NCBI GenBank assembly: GCA_016649925.1
Contig: JAENWO010000001.1
Coordinates: 1 to 29,232, forward strand
DNA: 29,232 nt
Direction: 5' to 3'
Source: Actinomycetales bacterium
Lineage (GTDB): Bacteria; Actinomycetota; Actinomycetes; Actinomycetales; Beutenbergiaceae
In this document: positions 15,176 through 23,524 of the stretch, piece by piece
Layout of the letters: every line of letters starts with the position of its first letter
Position numbering within the stretch: the first letter of the stretch is position 1
Position numbers and translations under genes: made by a program
The notes under the pieces: model-generated
The model's input: only the letters and a program-made list of their open reading frames with translations
What the model was told of the DNA's origin: nothing
Database searches by the model: none

Positions 15176-17350
15176 TCAGGGGGCTTCCCGCACCCCGGTG
15201 GACGAGCGTCGAGCCCCCTCGATGATCGCTGAGGTCCACGTCTCGACCTGTTCGGGGTTCTTCAGAGGGTCGTCCCGACGGACCGCGGCGCGACTGTAGC
15301 GTGCCACCTCCACCGCATGCGCGAGATGCGAGAGCGCGTTCGTCGAGCCCGGGTCGAGCCGGCCCTCGGCCGAGCGCGCCAGTCCCCGAGGGGTCAGTGC
15401 GGCCGAGACGTCGAAGCCCTCCCGGCGCAGCCGCCGCCGCACCCGCTCCCAGTGGGCCTCGAGGCTGAACCGGGCCGCCCGACGGCGGCGCCACGCGCCG
15501 AGCGCGCCGAGCCCCACCAGGACGAGGGCGAGGAGGCCTCCGACGACGAGCACCGTCGTCCGGTTCCGCTCGGCCACGCCCGCGCTGGATCCCGGCACGG
15601 CGGTGGAACCCGGTGCCGCGGTGGTGGGTTCGGCCGTCGGCTCGCCGGTGGGCACCTGACTAGGTACGGCGGAGGCCGTCGAGCCCGGCGCGGTCACCGG
15701 CACGGGTGCCCAGGCGGGTGCGGCGCCGCTCTGCAGGCTGGGCGTCGGTTCGAAGCGCACCCAACCGACGTCGGGGAAGAGCACCTGAGGCCATGAATGG
15801 GCCCGTTGCCCGGTGATGACCGAGATCCCGTCCGGCCGCTGCTCCCCGGGCAGGAAGCCGATCGCGATCCTCGCCGGGATCCCGAGCGAGCGGACCATCA
15901 TCACCATCGCCGTCGCGAACTGCACGCAGTACCCGTGCCGGTCGCCGAGGAAGTCCCAGACGGCGTCCGTGGTGCTGCTCCCGGCGATCGTGGTGGTGTA
16001 GGTGAAGCGTTCGTCGTCGCGCAGGTAGTTCTGGATCGCCAGCACCTCCTGGTACGGGGTGCCGGCGCCGGCGTCCTGGACCACCTGCCGGGTCAGGTTC
16101 GCGATGTCGGGGCCATAACCCGTCTCGGGCAGGGCAAGCAGGTCCTCCGGCACCTCGAGCGAGCGCGGGTCGAGCGCGTCGAGGGCGGCGGCGGACAGGT
16201 CCCGGGGCCGGAAGCTCACCTGGTAGGTGAACGGCGCAGGAGGCGACCCCAGCCCGATCACCTCGTCCGACGCGGCGTCGTAGACCCAGTTGCCGATGAT
16301 CTGCACGGAGCGCGGTTCGGTCGGCACGAGCAACCGGTCCTGCGCCAGGTTGCTGATGGTGATCGTCGCTTCCCGGCTCAGGCCGAGCCGCCCACCGTCG
16401 ACCTGCTGGGGCCACAGCACCCGACCGGCGACCGGCTCGCCGTCGGTGGCCTCGTCGCCCCGCTCCCAGCTGCTGCCGTTGAAGTCGGTGAGGGTGTACG
16501 CCTGCAGCGGGCCCATCTCCGTCGGGTCGAGTGCGTCGTACGTGACGAGCGTCGCGTCCTGCCGCCGCGTCAGGTCGTCCCGGAGGTCGAGACCGAGGTC
16601 CAACCGCGTCGAGCTCGCACCGACGAGGTCGTAGACGGTGTGGAGGCGGCCCGGACTGGGAAGGCGCAGCACCCCGGGTGACGCGAGGAGCGCCACGCCA
16701 AGGCTCAAGGCCATCACCGTCCCGGTGGCGACCAGCGCCCGTGGATCCGCTCGTCGCTCGGGCGGGTGATGCTCCCCGAACATCTGGCCCACCGGTCGGG
16801 ACTGGATCGCCAGCACGCCGAGGAAGCCCAGCGCGGCCGTGACGAACACCCACGCGTCCACGTGGGCACCGATGACGATCGGGATCGCCCACAGTCCCAG
16901 GACCGGCAGGCCGAACCAGCCCGGCGCGGCCGCGCCGATCGCGAGGAGCTCTGCGAAGAGGTACACCAGCACGATCCCGGTGGTCAGGACCAGGCCGACG
17001 CCCGCATGCTCGGTGATCGGCGGCGTGGACTCCCGCATCGCCACCAGCGCCGAGGCCACGAGCCGGCCGATCTCGTCCAGGCTCGCCCGCGTGGGCAGCA
17101 CCCCGAGGAGGGAGGAGCCGGAGACGAACGCGGCACAGAGGGCGAACGGAGCCGCCACCAGGCCGAGCAACGAGGGCAGCCAGTCGGAGCGGAACGTCAC
17201 CCGGCCCAGGACCACCACGACGGCGACGACGCCGAGGCAGATGAGCGTCCGGGAGAGCCAGACGTCCGCGTGAACCAGGCGGGAGAGGGCGAACGCGCTG
17301 AAGACCGTCGTGGCGAGCACCGCCGCGGTGGCGAGAAGCAGTCGTCTCAT
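15176..17350 (-). CDS. Membrane-bound transglutaminase-like protein (TgpA/DUF3488 + transglutaminase core)
   Basis: About 7 N-terminal TM segments. Catalytic GYCVQFATAM, LGIPARIAIGF, AHSWPQV, GWVRFEPTP; Pro/Thr/Ser linker; C-terminal TM. Confidence 0.88.
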   Translation of the reverse strand: MRRLLLATAAVLATTVFSAFALSRLVHADVWLSRTLICLGVVAVVVVLGRVTFRSDWLPSLLGLVAAPFALCAAFVSGSSLLGVLPTRASLDEIGRLVASALVAMRESTPPITEHAGVGLVLTTGIVLVYLFAELLAIGAAAPGWFGLPVLGLWAIPIVIGAHVDAWVFVTAALGFLGVLAIQSRPVGQMFGEHHPPERRADPRALVATGTVMALSLGVALLASPGVLRLPSPGRLHTVYDLVGASSTRLDLGLDLRDDLTRRQDATLVTYDALDPTEMGPLQAYTLTDFNGSSWERGDEATDGEPVAGRVLWPQQVDGGRLGLSREATITISNLAQDRLLVPTEPRSVQIIGNWVYDAASDEVIGLGSPPAPFTYQVSFRPRDLSAAALDALDPRSLEVPEDLLALPETGYGPDIANLTRQVVQDAGAGTPYQEVLAIQNYLRDDERFTYTTTIAGSSTTDAVWDFLGDRHGYCVQFATAMVMMVRSLGIPARIAIGFLPGEQRPDGISVITGQRAHSWPQVLFPDVGWVRFEPTPSLQSGAAPAWAPVPVTAPGSTASAVPSQVPTGEPTAEPTTAAPGSTAVPGSSAGVAERNRTTVLVVGGLLALVLVGLGALGAWRRRRAARFSLEAHWERVRRRLRREGFDVSAALTPRGLARSAEGRLDPGSTNALSHLAHAVEVARYSRAAVRRDDPLKNPEQVETWTSAIIEGARRSSTGVREAP

Positions 17351-18513
17351 CAGCCGACCCGATCACGAAGGGCGGAGGCCCAGGTGGCGGAGATCGACTC
17401 GTGCCCGCGCGCGGTGGACGTGCGCCAGCCGGCCTGCTCAAGGACGGTCAGGTCGACTCCTGCGGCACCCACGACAAGCGCGATGCACCGACGGCGCCGC
17501 GCCAGGGGCGCGAGGTCCTCGAGCAGCGCGGCCGACGGCTCCCGGAGAACCGCCACGACGACGCCCGCACCGGACCGTTCGATCCGGTGCACGTGCTCGA
17601 GGCGCACCCACGCCTGCGCCGGTGGCTGCGCGGACCGGGCGCGGGCGAACACGTCCAGCACCTCCGGTACCGAGGAGGTCACCACCTGGTCGTTCCAGAC
17701 CTCGCCCGCCTCGAGGTGGTGGGTGAGGATCCGCACGGTGTACCGGTCGCGGACGAGGCTGGTCGTGAGCGAGGCGCAGGCGCTCACCGCGAACTCCGTG
17801 TCGCTCTCGGGATCGGACTCCTGCGGGCTCCCGAGGTCCAGCAGCACGTCCACGCGGTGGGTCGTGGCCGGCTCGTCGTGGCGGACCATCAGCTCGCCCT
17901 GCCGAGCGGACGACTTCCAGTGCACCCGGTGCAGGTCGTCACCCGGCCGGTACTCGCGCACCGTCAGGTCCTCCAGGTTGCGCTGTGGTCTGCCCCGCGG
18001 CCGCGCCATCGTGGCATCGCGAGTCGCGGCGCGCATGATGGACGGGACATCCTCGGTGCGTGGCCAGACGGCCAGCTCCTGCGTGCCGGCGCTCGTCACC
18101 CGCCACCGGACGAGGTTCATCGGGTCCGACCGGTGCACCGAGGCGGGGCCCAGCAGGAACACGCCCCGGCGGTCCGGGCTGATCACGTACCCCGCGGAAC
18201 CGCCACCGCTGCGTCGCAGCGGCGCGGGCACCCGCTCCCGGATGACGGTCCAGGGCGCGAGGGCACGCACCGTCAGCCGTAGCCGCACGGTGGCGCTCTG
18301 GCCCACCGCCAGCTGCGGCGGCGTGATGGTCCGCACCACGCCCACCCGGCGGGAGACCCCCCGCGACCACAGGGCCCAGAGCGCGCTCACCGCCGGGATC
18401 GCGAGGACGAGTGCGGCCAGACGTGCCGCGGCCGGGGACTGCAGGGATGTCGCCAGGAGGGCCAACGACGCGCCCGCCACGAGGAGGCCGAGGCCACGCG
18501 TGGTCAGGCGCAC
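17350..18513 (-). CDS. DUF58-domain protein
   Basis: N-terminal TM hairpin (RLTTRGLGLL), RRGVFLLGP...DPMNL, VREYRPGDDLHRVHWKSSARQGELMVR. Stop overlaps the next start. Start could be 18525. Confidence 0.85.
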   Translation of the reverse strand: MRLTTRGLGLLVAGASLALLATSLQSPAAARLAALVLAIPAVSALWALWSRGVSRRVGVVRTITPPQLAVGQSATVRLRLTVRALAPWTVIRERVPAPLRRSGGGSAGYVISPDRRGVFLLGPASVHRSDPMNLVRWRVTSAGTQELAVWPRTEDVPSIMRAATRDATMARPRGRPQRNLEDLTVREYRPGDDLHRVHWKSSARQGELMVRHDEPATTHRVDVLLDLGSPQESDPESDTEFAVSACASLTTSLVRDRYTVRILTHHLEAGEVWNDQVVTSSVPEVLDVFARARSAQPPAQAWVRLEHVHRIERSGAGVVVAVLREPSAALLEDLAPLARRRRCIALVVGAAGVDLTVLEQAGWRTSTARGHESISATWASALRDRVG

Positions 18514-18526
18514 GATCTCACGCACC

Positions 18527-19492
18527 TCACGCGGGGACCGGCACGGCCCGGAGGATCTCAGCGAGGAGCTCGCGTGCGTCGGCGTGCCCGGAGCGGGCGG
18601 ACCGGGTGAGCGCGAGCCGGTGCGCGAGGACGGGCTCAGCGAGCTCCTGGATGTCGTCCGGGAGGACGAAGTCGCGCCCGGACAGGGCGGCGAGCGCCCG
18701 CGACAGGGCCACGAGGTGGAGGCCGGCCCGGGGTGAGGCGCCGAGCTCGATGTGCGGATGAGCGCGGGTGGCACGGACGAGGGCCAGCACGTAGCGCAGC
18801 ACCGCGTCGGAGACGAACACCTCACGGACGTCGGCGAGGATCTGCTCGGCCTCCCGCACGGTCACCACCGGCTCCACCTCGGACAACGGGTCGATCGAGC
18901 CGCCGGAGGCCAGCAGCTCGAGCTCTGCGTGGGGCGGGGGATAGCCGATGCTCACCTGGGCCATGAAGCGGTCGCGCTGGGCCTCCGGCAGGGGGTACGT
19001 ACCCTCCATCTCCACCGGGTTCTGGGTCGCGATGACCATGAACGGGTGGGGGAGCGGATGGGAGACGCCGTCGACCGTCACCTGCCGTTCCTGCATGCAC
19101 TCCAGGAGCGCGGACTGCGTCTTCGGTGAGGCGCGGTTGATCTCGTCGCCGATCACGATCGTCGCGAAGAGCGGGCCGGGATGGAACTCGAACCCACCCG
19201 ACTCCGGCCGGTAGATCGTCACGCCGGTGAGGTCGCTGGGGAGCAGGTCCGGGGTGAACTGGATGCGTCCAACGGTGCCCTCCACGGATGCGGCGAGAGT
19301 CTTGGCGAGCGTGGTCTTGCCGACGCCGGGTACGTCCTCGAGCAGCAGGTGGCCCTGCGCCAGGAACACCGCCACGGTGATCCGGACCACGTCGTCGCGC
19401 CCGTGCACCACGGACCGCAGACTGGCCTGGAGGCGCTCGATCGAGGCCATCGTGGCCGTGAGGTCGAGCGTCGGCTGCTTCGCCTGCGTCAT
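18527..19492 (-). CDS. moxR: MoxR-family AAA+ ATPase
   Basis: GHLLLEDVPGVGKT, RIQFTPDLLPSD, DEINRASPKTQSALLE, ATQNPVEMEGTYPLPEAQRDRF, GASPRA, LAHRL. -10 TAGTCT lies 6 nt upstream of ATG. Confidence 0.93.
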   Translation of the reverse strand: MTQAKQPTLDLTATMASIERLQASLRSVVHGRDDVVRITVAVFLAQGHLLLEDVPGVGKTTLAKTLAASVEGTVGRIQFTPDLLPSDLTGVTIYRPESGGFEFHPGPLFATIVIGDEINRASPKTQSALLECMQERQVTVDGVSHPLPHPFMVIATQNPVEMEGTYPLPEAQRDRFMAQVSIGYPPPHAELELLASGGSIDPLSEVEPVVTVREAEQILADVREVFVSDAVLRYVLALVRATRAHPHIELGASPRAGLHLVALSRALAALSGRDFVLPDDIQELAEPVLAHRLALTRSARSGHADARELLAEILRAVPVPA

Positions 19493-19555
19493 GTGACGAG
19501 ACTACGGCTCAGGGCAACCCTGGTGATCAGGTACGGCCCGCGGGGGCGTCTTCTG

Positions 19556-19571
19556 CTCCATTTCCCTCCAC
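19556..19571 (-). promoter_or_regulatory. Inverted pair of MraZ-type boxes (GTGGAG-GGAA-ATGGAG on minus strand)
   Basis: CTCCAT 19556-19561 and CTCCAC 19566-19571, 10-bp period. Confidence 0.5.
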
Positions 19572-19627
19572 CCGCACTGACCTGCGGTTCTGTGGTCCCG
19601 ATTCGGCCGAAACAGGGGCGCGTTGCC

Positions 19628-19670
19628 TTGACGGTGGAGCAAAGTGGAGTAATGTGGGGCCATCCGGTGG
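19628..19670 (+). promoter_or_regulatory. dcw (mraZ) promoter TTGACG-16-TAATGT overlapped by MraZ boxes GTGG at 19634, 19644, 19654 (and 19667)
   Basis: GTGGAG-CAAA-GTGGAG-TAAT-GTGGGG with exact 10-bp period. Matches the established MraZ operator architecture (TGGGN in E. coli, AAAGTGK in Mollicutes, GTGG in Bacillus). Confidence 0.85.
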
Positions 19671-19688
19671 AAGGGAAGGGGGTGGGTC

Positions 19689-20117
19689 ATGTTTCTGGGC
19701 ACGTACGAGCCGCGGCTGGACGACAAGGGCCGCCTGATCCTTCCCGCCAAGTTCCGCGACGAGATGGCCGGCGGCATCGTCATCACCCGCGGCCAGGAGC
19801 ACTGCCTCTACGCCTTCGCCCGCGACGAGTTCGAGAACATTCACGCCCAGCTGCGGCAGGCACCCCTGACGTCCAAGCAGGCGCGTGACTACATGCGCGT
19901 GTTCCTCTCCGGCGCCACCGATGAGGTCCCGGACCGGCAGGGACGCGTCACGATTCCCGCGATCCTGCGCAAGTACGCCGGTCTGGAGCGTGACCTGGCC
20001 GTCATCGGGTCCGGCTCGAAGATCGAGATCTGGGCCGCTGCGGCCTGGGAGGACTACCTCGCGGACCAGGAGCAGGCCTATGCCGAGATCACCGAGGAGG
20101 TGGTGCCGGGTCTGTAG
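19689..20117 (+). CDS. mraZ: Division/cell wall cluster repressor MraZ
   Basis: [53 protein letters not shown]. Confidence 0.97.
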   Translation: MFLGTYEPRLDDKGRLILPAKFRDEMAGGIVITRGQEHCLYAFARDEFENIHAQLRQAPLTSKQARDYMRVFLSGATDEVPDRQGRVTIPAILRKYAGLERDLAVIGSGSKIEIWAAAAWEDYLADQEQAYAEITEEVVPGL

Positions 20118-20138
20118 GAGGACGCCTAACCGCCCCGC

Positions 20139-20199
20139 GAGGTCTCTCACCGCGACTCTGACGCACTTCCCCGGCGCCAGAGCAGGCGGGGGGAGTCCT
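20139..20199 (+). ncRNA. mraW RNA motif (cis-regulatory hairpin upstream of rsmH/mraW)
   Basis: Outer helix CTCTCACCGC/GCGGGGGGAG, inner CTCTG-A-CGC/GCG-C-CAGAG, terminal loop containing CTTCCCC. Position and loop fit my recollection of the actinobacterial Rfam mraW motif. Confidence 0.72.
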
Positions 20200-20233
20200 G
20201 GTCGGGCGGCGGAGGGCCACCCGACCAACCACT

Positions 20234-20258
20234 CACCACTCGCTCCACTTCGCTCCAC
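20234..20258 (-). promoter_or_regulatory. Second MraZ-type box array, inverted, between mraZ and rsmH (GTGGAG-CGAA-GTGGAG-CGA-GTGGTG on minus strand)
   Basis: 15/16 identical to the promoter array GTGGAGCAAAGTGGAG; CTCCAC at 20243 and 20253. Confidence 0.6.
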
Positions 20259-20282
20259 CCGTCCCGACCGCACCGTCCAGCA

Positions 20283-20310
20283 CCACGAACAGCGCCACGA
20301 ACAGCGCCAC
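20283..20310 (+). repeat. 12-bp tandem repeat (CCACGAACAGCG) x2.3 immediately before the rsmH RBS
   Basis: Units 20283-20294, 20295-20306 and partial 20307-20310. Confidence 0.8.
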
Positions 20311-20321
20311 CAGGAAGGCTC

Positions 20322-21311
20322 ATGAGCCAGATCGACACCGGCGGAGTGCACATCCCGGTGCTCGCCGACCGGTGCCTGGAGCTCCTGGCCCCGGCACTGC
20401 GCGACGCGGGCGCGGTGTGCGTGGACGCCACGCTCGGCCTCGGTGGCCACAGCGAGCTCGTGCTGACTGCCTGCCCCGGGGCGACGGTGATCGGCATCGA
20501 CCGCGACCCTGCGGCACTCGAGCTGGCCCGCCGCCGGCTTGCCCGGTTCGGTGACCGGTTCACCGCGATCCACGCGGTGTACGACGAGATCGGTGACGTC
20601 CTCGTCGAGCACACGCCGACCGGGTCGGCCCAGGGCATCCTCTTCGACCTCGGCGTCTCCTCGCTCCAGCTCGACGAGGCCGAGCGCGGGTTCGCGTACT
20701 CCCAGGACGCGCCGCTGGACATGCGGATGGACCAGACCCGGGGCCGCACCGCAGCGGAGCTGCTCGCCGAGGAGTCCGAGGCGGAGCTCCGCCGGATCCT
20801 CTACCGCTTCGGGGAGGAGAAGTTCGCCCCGCGCATCGCGGCCGCGATCGTCGCCCGCCGCGGCACCGACCCGGTCCGACGCAGCGGGCAGCTCGTCGAG
20901 ATCGTGCGCGAGAACATCCCGGCCGCGGCCCGGCGGAAGGGTGGCAACCCGGCCAAGCGCACGTTCCAGGCGCTCCGCGTGGCCGTCAACGCCGAGCTCG
21001 AGGTCCTCGAGCGGGCGATCCCCGCCGGGATCGACGCCCTCGCCGTGGGCGGGCGGATCGTCGTGATGTCCTATCAGTCGCTCGAGGACCGGATCGTCAA
21101 GCGCGCCCTCGCCGCCGGTTCCGTCTCGACCACGCCGGCGGGCCTGCCCGTCGAGCTCCCAGAGCACCAGCCCTACCTGCGTCTGCTCACCCGCGGCGCC
21201 GAGGACGCGGACGAGGCGGAGCGGGCCAGGAACCCCCGCTCCGCCTCCGTCCGGCTGCGGGCCGCCGAACGCCTACGACCGACCCACCACCACCGCCCGG
21301 AGTCCTCCTGA
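20322..21311 (+). CDS. rsmH: 16S rRNA m4C1402 methyltransferase RsmH
   Basis: [77 protein letters not shown]. Confidence 0.97.
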   Translation: MSQIDTGGVHIPVLADRCLELLAPALRDAGAVCVDATLGLGGHSELVLTACPGATVIGIDRDPAALELARRRLARFGDRFTAIHAVYDEIGDVLVEHTPTGSAQGILFDLGVSSLQLDEAERGFAYSQDAPLDMRMDQTRGRTAAELLAEESEAELRRILYRFGEEKFAPRIAAAIVARRGTDPVRRSGQLVEIVRENIPAAARRKGGNPAKRTFQALRVAVNAELEVLERAIPAGIDALAVGGRIVVMSYQSLEDRIVKRALAAGSVSTTPAGLPVELPEHQPYLRLLTRGAEDADEAERARNPRSASVRLRAAERLRPTHHHRPESS

Positions 21312-21712
21312 TGAGTGCCGTGCCCGCCCGCGCCCCACAGATCCGGCCCACCGCCACACCGAGCTGGCGCCCGCGCCTGCGGATAGTGCGGGCGCCCGCC
21401 CCGGTACGCACACATCTGCCGTTCGTCCTGCTCTGCCTGTCCATCCTCGGCGGCGCGCTCCTCGGCGCGCTCATGCTCAACACCTCGATGGCAGCCACGG
21501 CGTACGAGCTCCATGACGCCGAGATCAGCCTCGCCCGCCTGTCCGAGTCGGAGCAGGTGCTCGCTGCCCAGGCGGACCAGCTCTCCTCCGCTCCGCAACT
21601 CGCCGCGCGCGCTACCGCCATCGGCATGGTTCCTGCGGAAGGCTTGAGCTACATCCGGTTGTCGGACGGTTCGATCGCGGGGCCCGTTGCGGGCCTCATC
21701 GGTGGGGAGTGA
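21311..21712 (+). CDS. ftsL: Cell division protein FtsL-like
   Basis: Located between rsmH and ftsI. One TM helix, coiled coil, LAARATAIGMVP motif; TGATG overlap with rsmH. Confidence 0.8.
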   Translation: MSAVPARAPQIRPTATPSWRPRLRIVRAPAPVRTHLPFVLLCLSILGGALLGALMLNTSMAATAYELHDAEISLARLSESEQVLAAQADQLSSAPQLAARATAIGMVPAEGLSYIRLSDGSIAGPVAGLIGGE

Positions 21713-21723
21713 GAGGCAGGAGC

Positions 21724-23508
21724 ATGTCGCGTACCCACCCGTTCACCGCCGTCGGTCGCCCCGAACGCCGTCAGAGCGTGCTGCTGGCGACCCTGCTGAT
21801 CGTCATCCTGGTGTTCGCGGGCCGCTTGGTCTACGTCCAGGCGATCATCGGACCGGCCCTCGCCCAGGTGGCCCGTGCCGAGCGGACCGACACGATCGAG
21901 CTGGTCGCACCGCGCGGAGAGATCCTCGATGCCGACGGCGTCGTGCTCGCCACCACGGTGGAGACGTATGACGTCCGGGTGGACCTGCGCCAGATCCCCG
22001 ACTTCCGGCTCTACGACGAGAACAGCACGGTGGTCGGCTGGGGTGCGGCCGCCGCGGCCGAGGTGCTCGCACCGGTCCTGGACGCCGCACCGAACGAGCT
22101 CGGCGCGCAGCTGGTGGGCGACGACGGCTACTTCCTCCTCACCAAGGGCGTCTCGCCCGAGGTGTGGCAGGCGATCGCGGCGCTGCGTGTCAACGGCGTC
22201 ACCTCCGAGCGCATCGGCGCGCGGGTGTACCCGAACGGCAACACCGCGGGGAACGTCCTCGGTTGGGTGAACGCCGACGGCGCCGGAGCCGCCGGCCTGG
22301 AGTACACGCTCCAGGACCGCCTCGTCGGCACGGACGGCGAGACCACCGTCGAGATCGGCGCCGCCGGGCAGGTGATCCCGACCGGGCAGCAGTCCACGGT
22401 CGCGGCCCAGGCCGGCTGCACCGTGCACACGACGATCGACTCCGACCTGCAGTGGCGCACCCAGAGCGTGCTCGACGACTCCGTCTCCCGATTCGGCGCG
22501 GAATGGGGCGCCGTCGTCGTCTGGGAGGTCAAGACCGGCCGCATCCTGGCCCTCGCCGACTCCGAGTCCGTCAACCCCAACAACCCGCTCGCCTCGGACG
22601 AGAACGACCGCGGCGCCCGGTCCGTCCAGGGCGTCTACGACCCGGGTTCGAGCGGCAAGGTGCTGACCGTGCTCTCCGCACTCGAGGAGGGCGTCGTCAC
22701 GCCGACCTCCCCGATCGAGGACCCGTACCGCCTCACCACCGCGAACGGCCAGGTCATCACCGACCACACGCCGCACCCGGACCAGGTCCTCACCACCACC
22801 GGGGTCCTCGCCGAGTCGTCGAACACCGGAACGGTGAACATCGGCTCCCTGATGACGAACGAGACGCGCTACCAGTACATGCGCCAGTTCGGCTGGGGCG
22901 CGAGGACTGAGCTCGGCCTTCCGGGTGAGTCCGCCGGGCTGCTCACCCCCTACGACCAGTGGGACGGCCGGCAGCAGTACACGACGATGTTCGGTCAGGG
23001 CCTGTCCGTCACGCTCGTGCAGAACACCGCCGTGTTCGCCACCGTCGCGAACCAGGGCATGCACCTGGACCCGCGCATCGTGGACGGTTACACCTGTGCT
23101 GACGGGGTGTACCAGGCGCTCGTGCCGGCCGAGCCCACCCAGGTGGTCTCCCCGGAGAGCTCGCAGGAGATGATCAACATGCTCGAGAGCGTCGTCGACG
23201 ACGGCGGTACCGGCACCCAGGCCGCGATCGAGGGCTACCGGATCGCCGGCAAGACCGGCACGGCGCAGATCCCCGACGGCGCCGGGGGCATCACCGACGT
23301 GGCGGCGTCCTTCGTCGGCATCGCCCCCGCGGACGATCCCGAGATCGCTGTCGGCGTGGTCATCTACCGTCCCTCCAGCGGCATCTACGGTGGCAGGATC
23401 GCCGCCCCGGTCTTCCACGACGTGGCGGCGTTCGCGCTGCAGTCCCTGGGGGTACCCCCGAGCTCGGAGCCGGCGACGCCGTACCCCCTCACTCCCGACG
23501 CCCCCTGA
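21724..23508 (+). CDS. ftsI: Class B penicillin-binding protein FtsI
   Basis: N-terminal TM, APRGEILDADG, RVYPNG, SxxK (GSSGK), SxN (ESSN), KTGTAQ. Confidence 0.93.
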   Translation: MSRTHPFTAVGRPERRQSVLLATLLIVILVFAGRLVYVQAIIGPALAQVARAERTDTIELVAPRGEILDADGVVLATTVETYDVRVDLRQIPDFRLYDENSTVVGWGAAAAAEVLAPVLDAAPNELGAQLVGDDGYFLLTKGVSPEVWQAIAALRVNGVTSERIGARVYPNGNTAGNVLGWVNADGAGAAGLEYTLQDRLVGTDGETTVEIGAAGQVIPTGQQSTVAAQAGCTVHTTIDSDLQWRTQSVLDDSVSRFGAEWGAVVVWEVKTGRILALADSESVNPNNPLASDENDRGARSVQGVYDPGSSGKVLTVLSALEEGVVTPTSPIEDPYRLTTANGQVITDHTPHPDQVLTTTGVLAESSNTGTVNIGSLMTNETRYQYMRQFGWGARTELGLPGESAGLLTPYDQWDGRQQYTTMFGQGLSVTLVQNTAVFATVANQGMHLDPRIVDGYTCADGVYQALVPAEPTQVVSPESSQEMINMLESVVDDGGTGTQAAIEGYRIAGKTGTAQIPDGAGGITDVAASFVGIAPADDPEIAVGVVIYRPSSGIYGGRIAAPVFHDVAAFALQSLGVPPSSEPATPYPLTPDAP

Positions 23509-23512
23509 CCGG

Positions 23513-23524
23513 TAGATTCCCCGT
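23513..23524 (+). promoter_or_regulatory. Internal leaderless promoter -10 (TAGATT) 6 nt before murE ATG
   Basis: The 16-bp ftsI-murE gap has no Shine-Dalgarno sequence; TAGATT-CCCCGT-ATG. Confidence 0.55.

Noticed and set aside
20221-20310. Repeats as a possible mini-CRISPR or IS end
   Set aside because: Units are 10-12 bp and tandem, with no spacers, cas genes or transposase.
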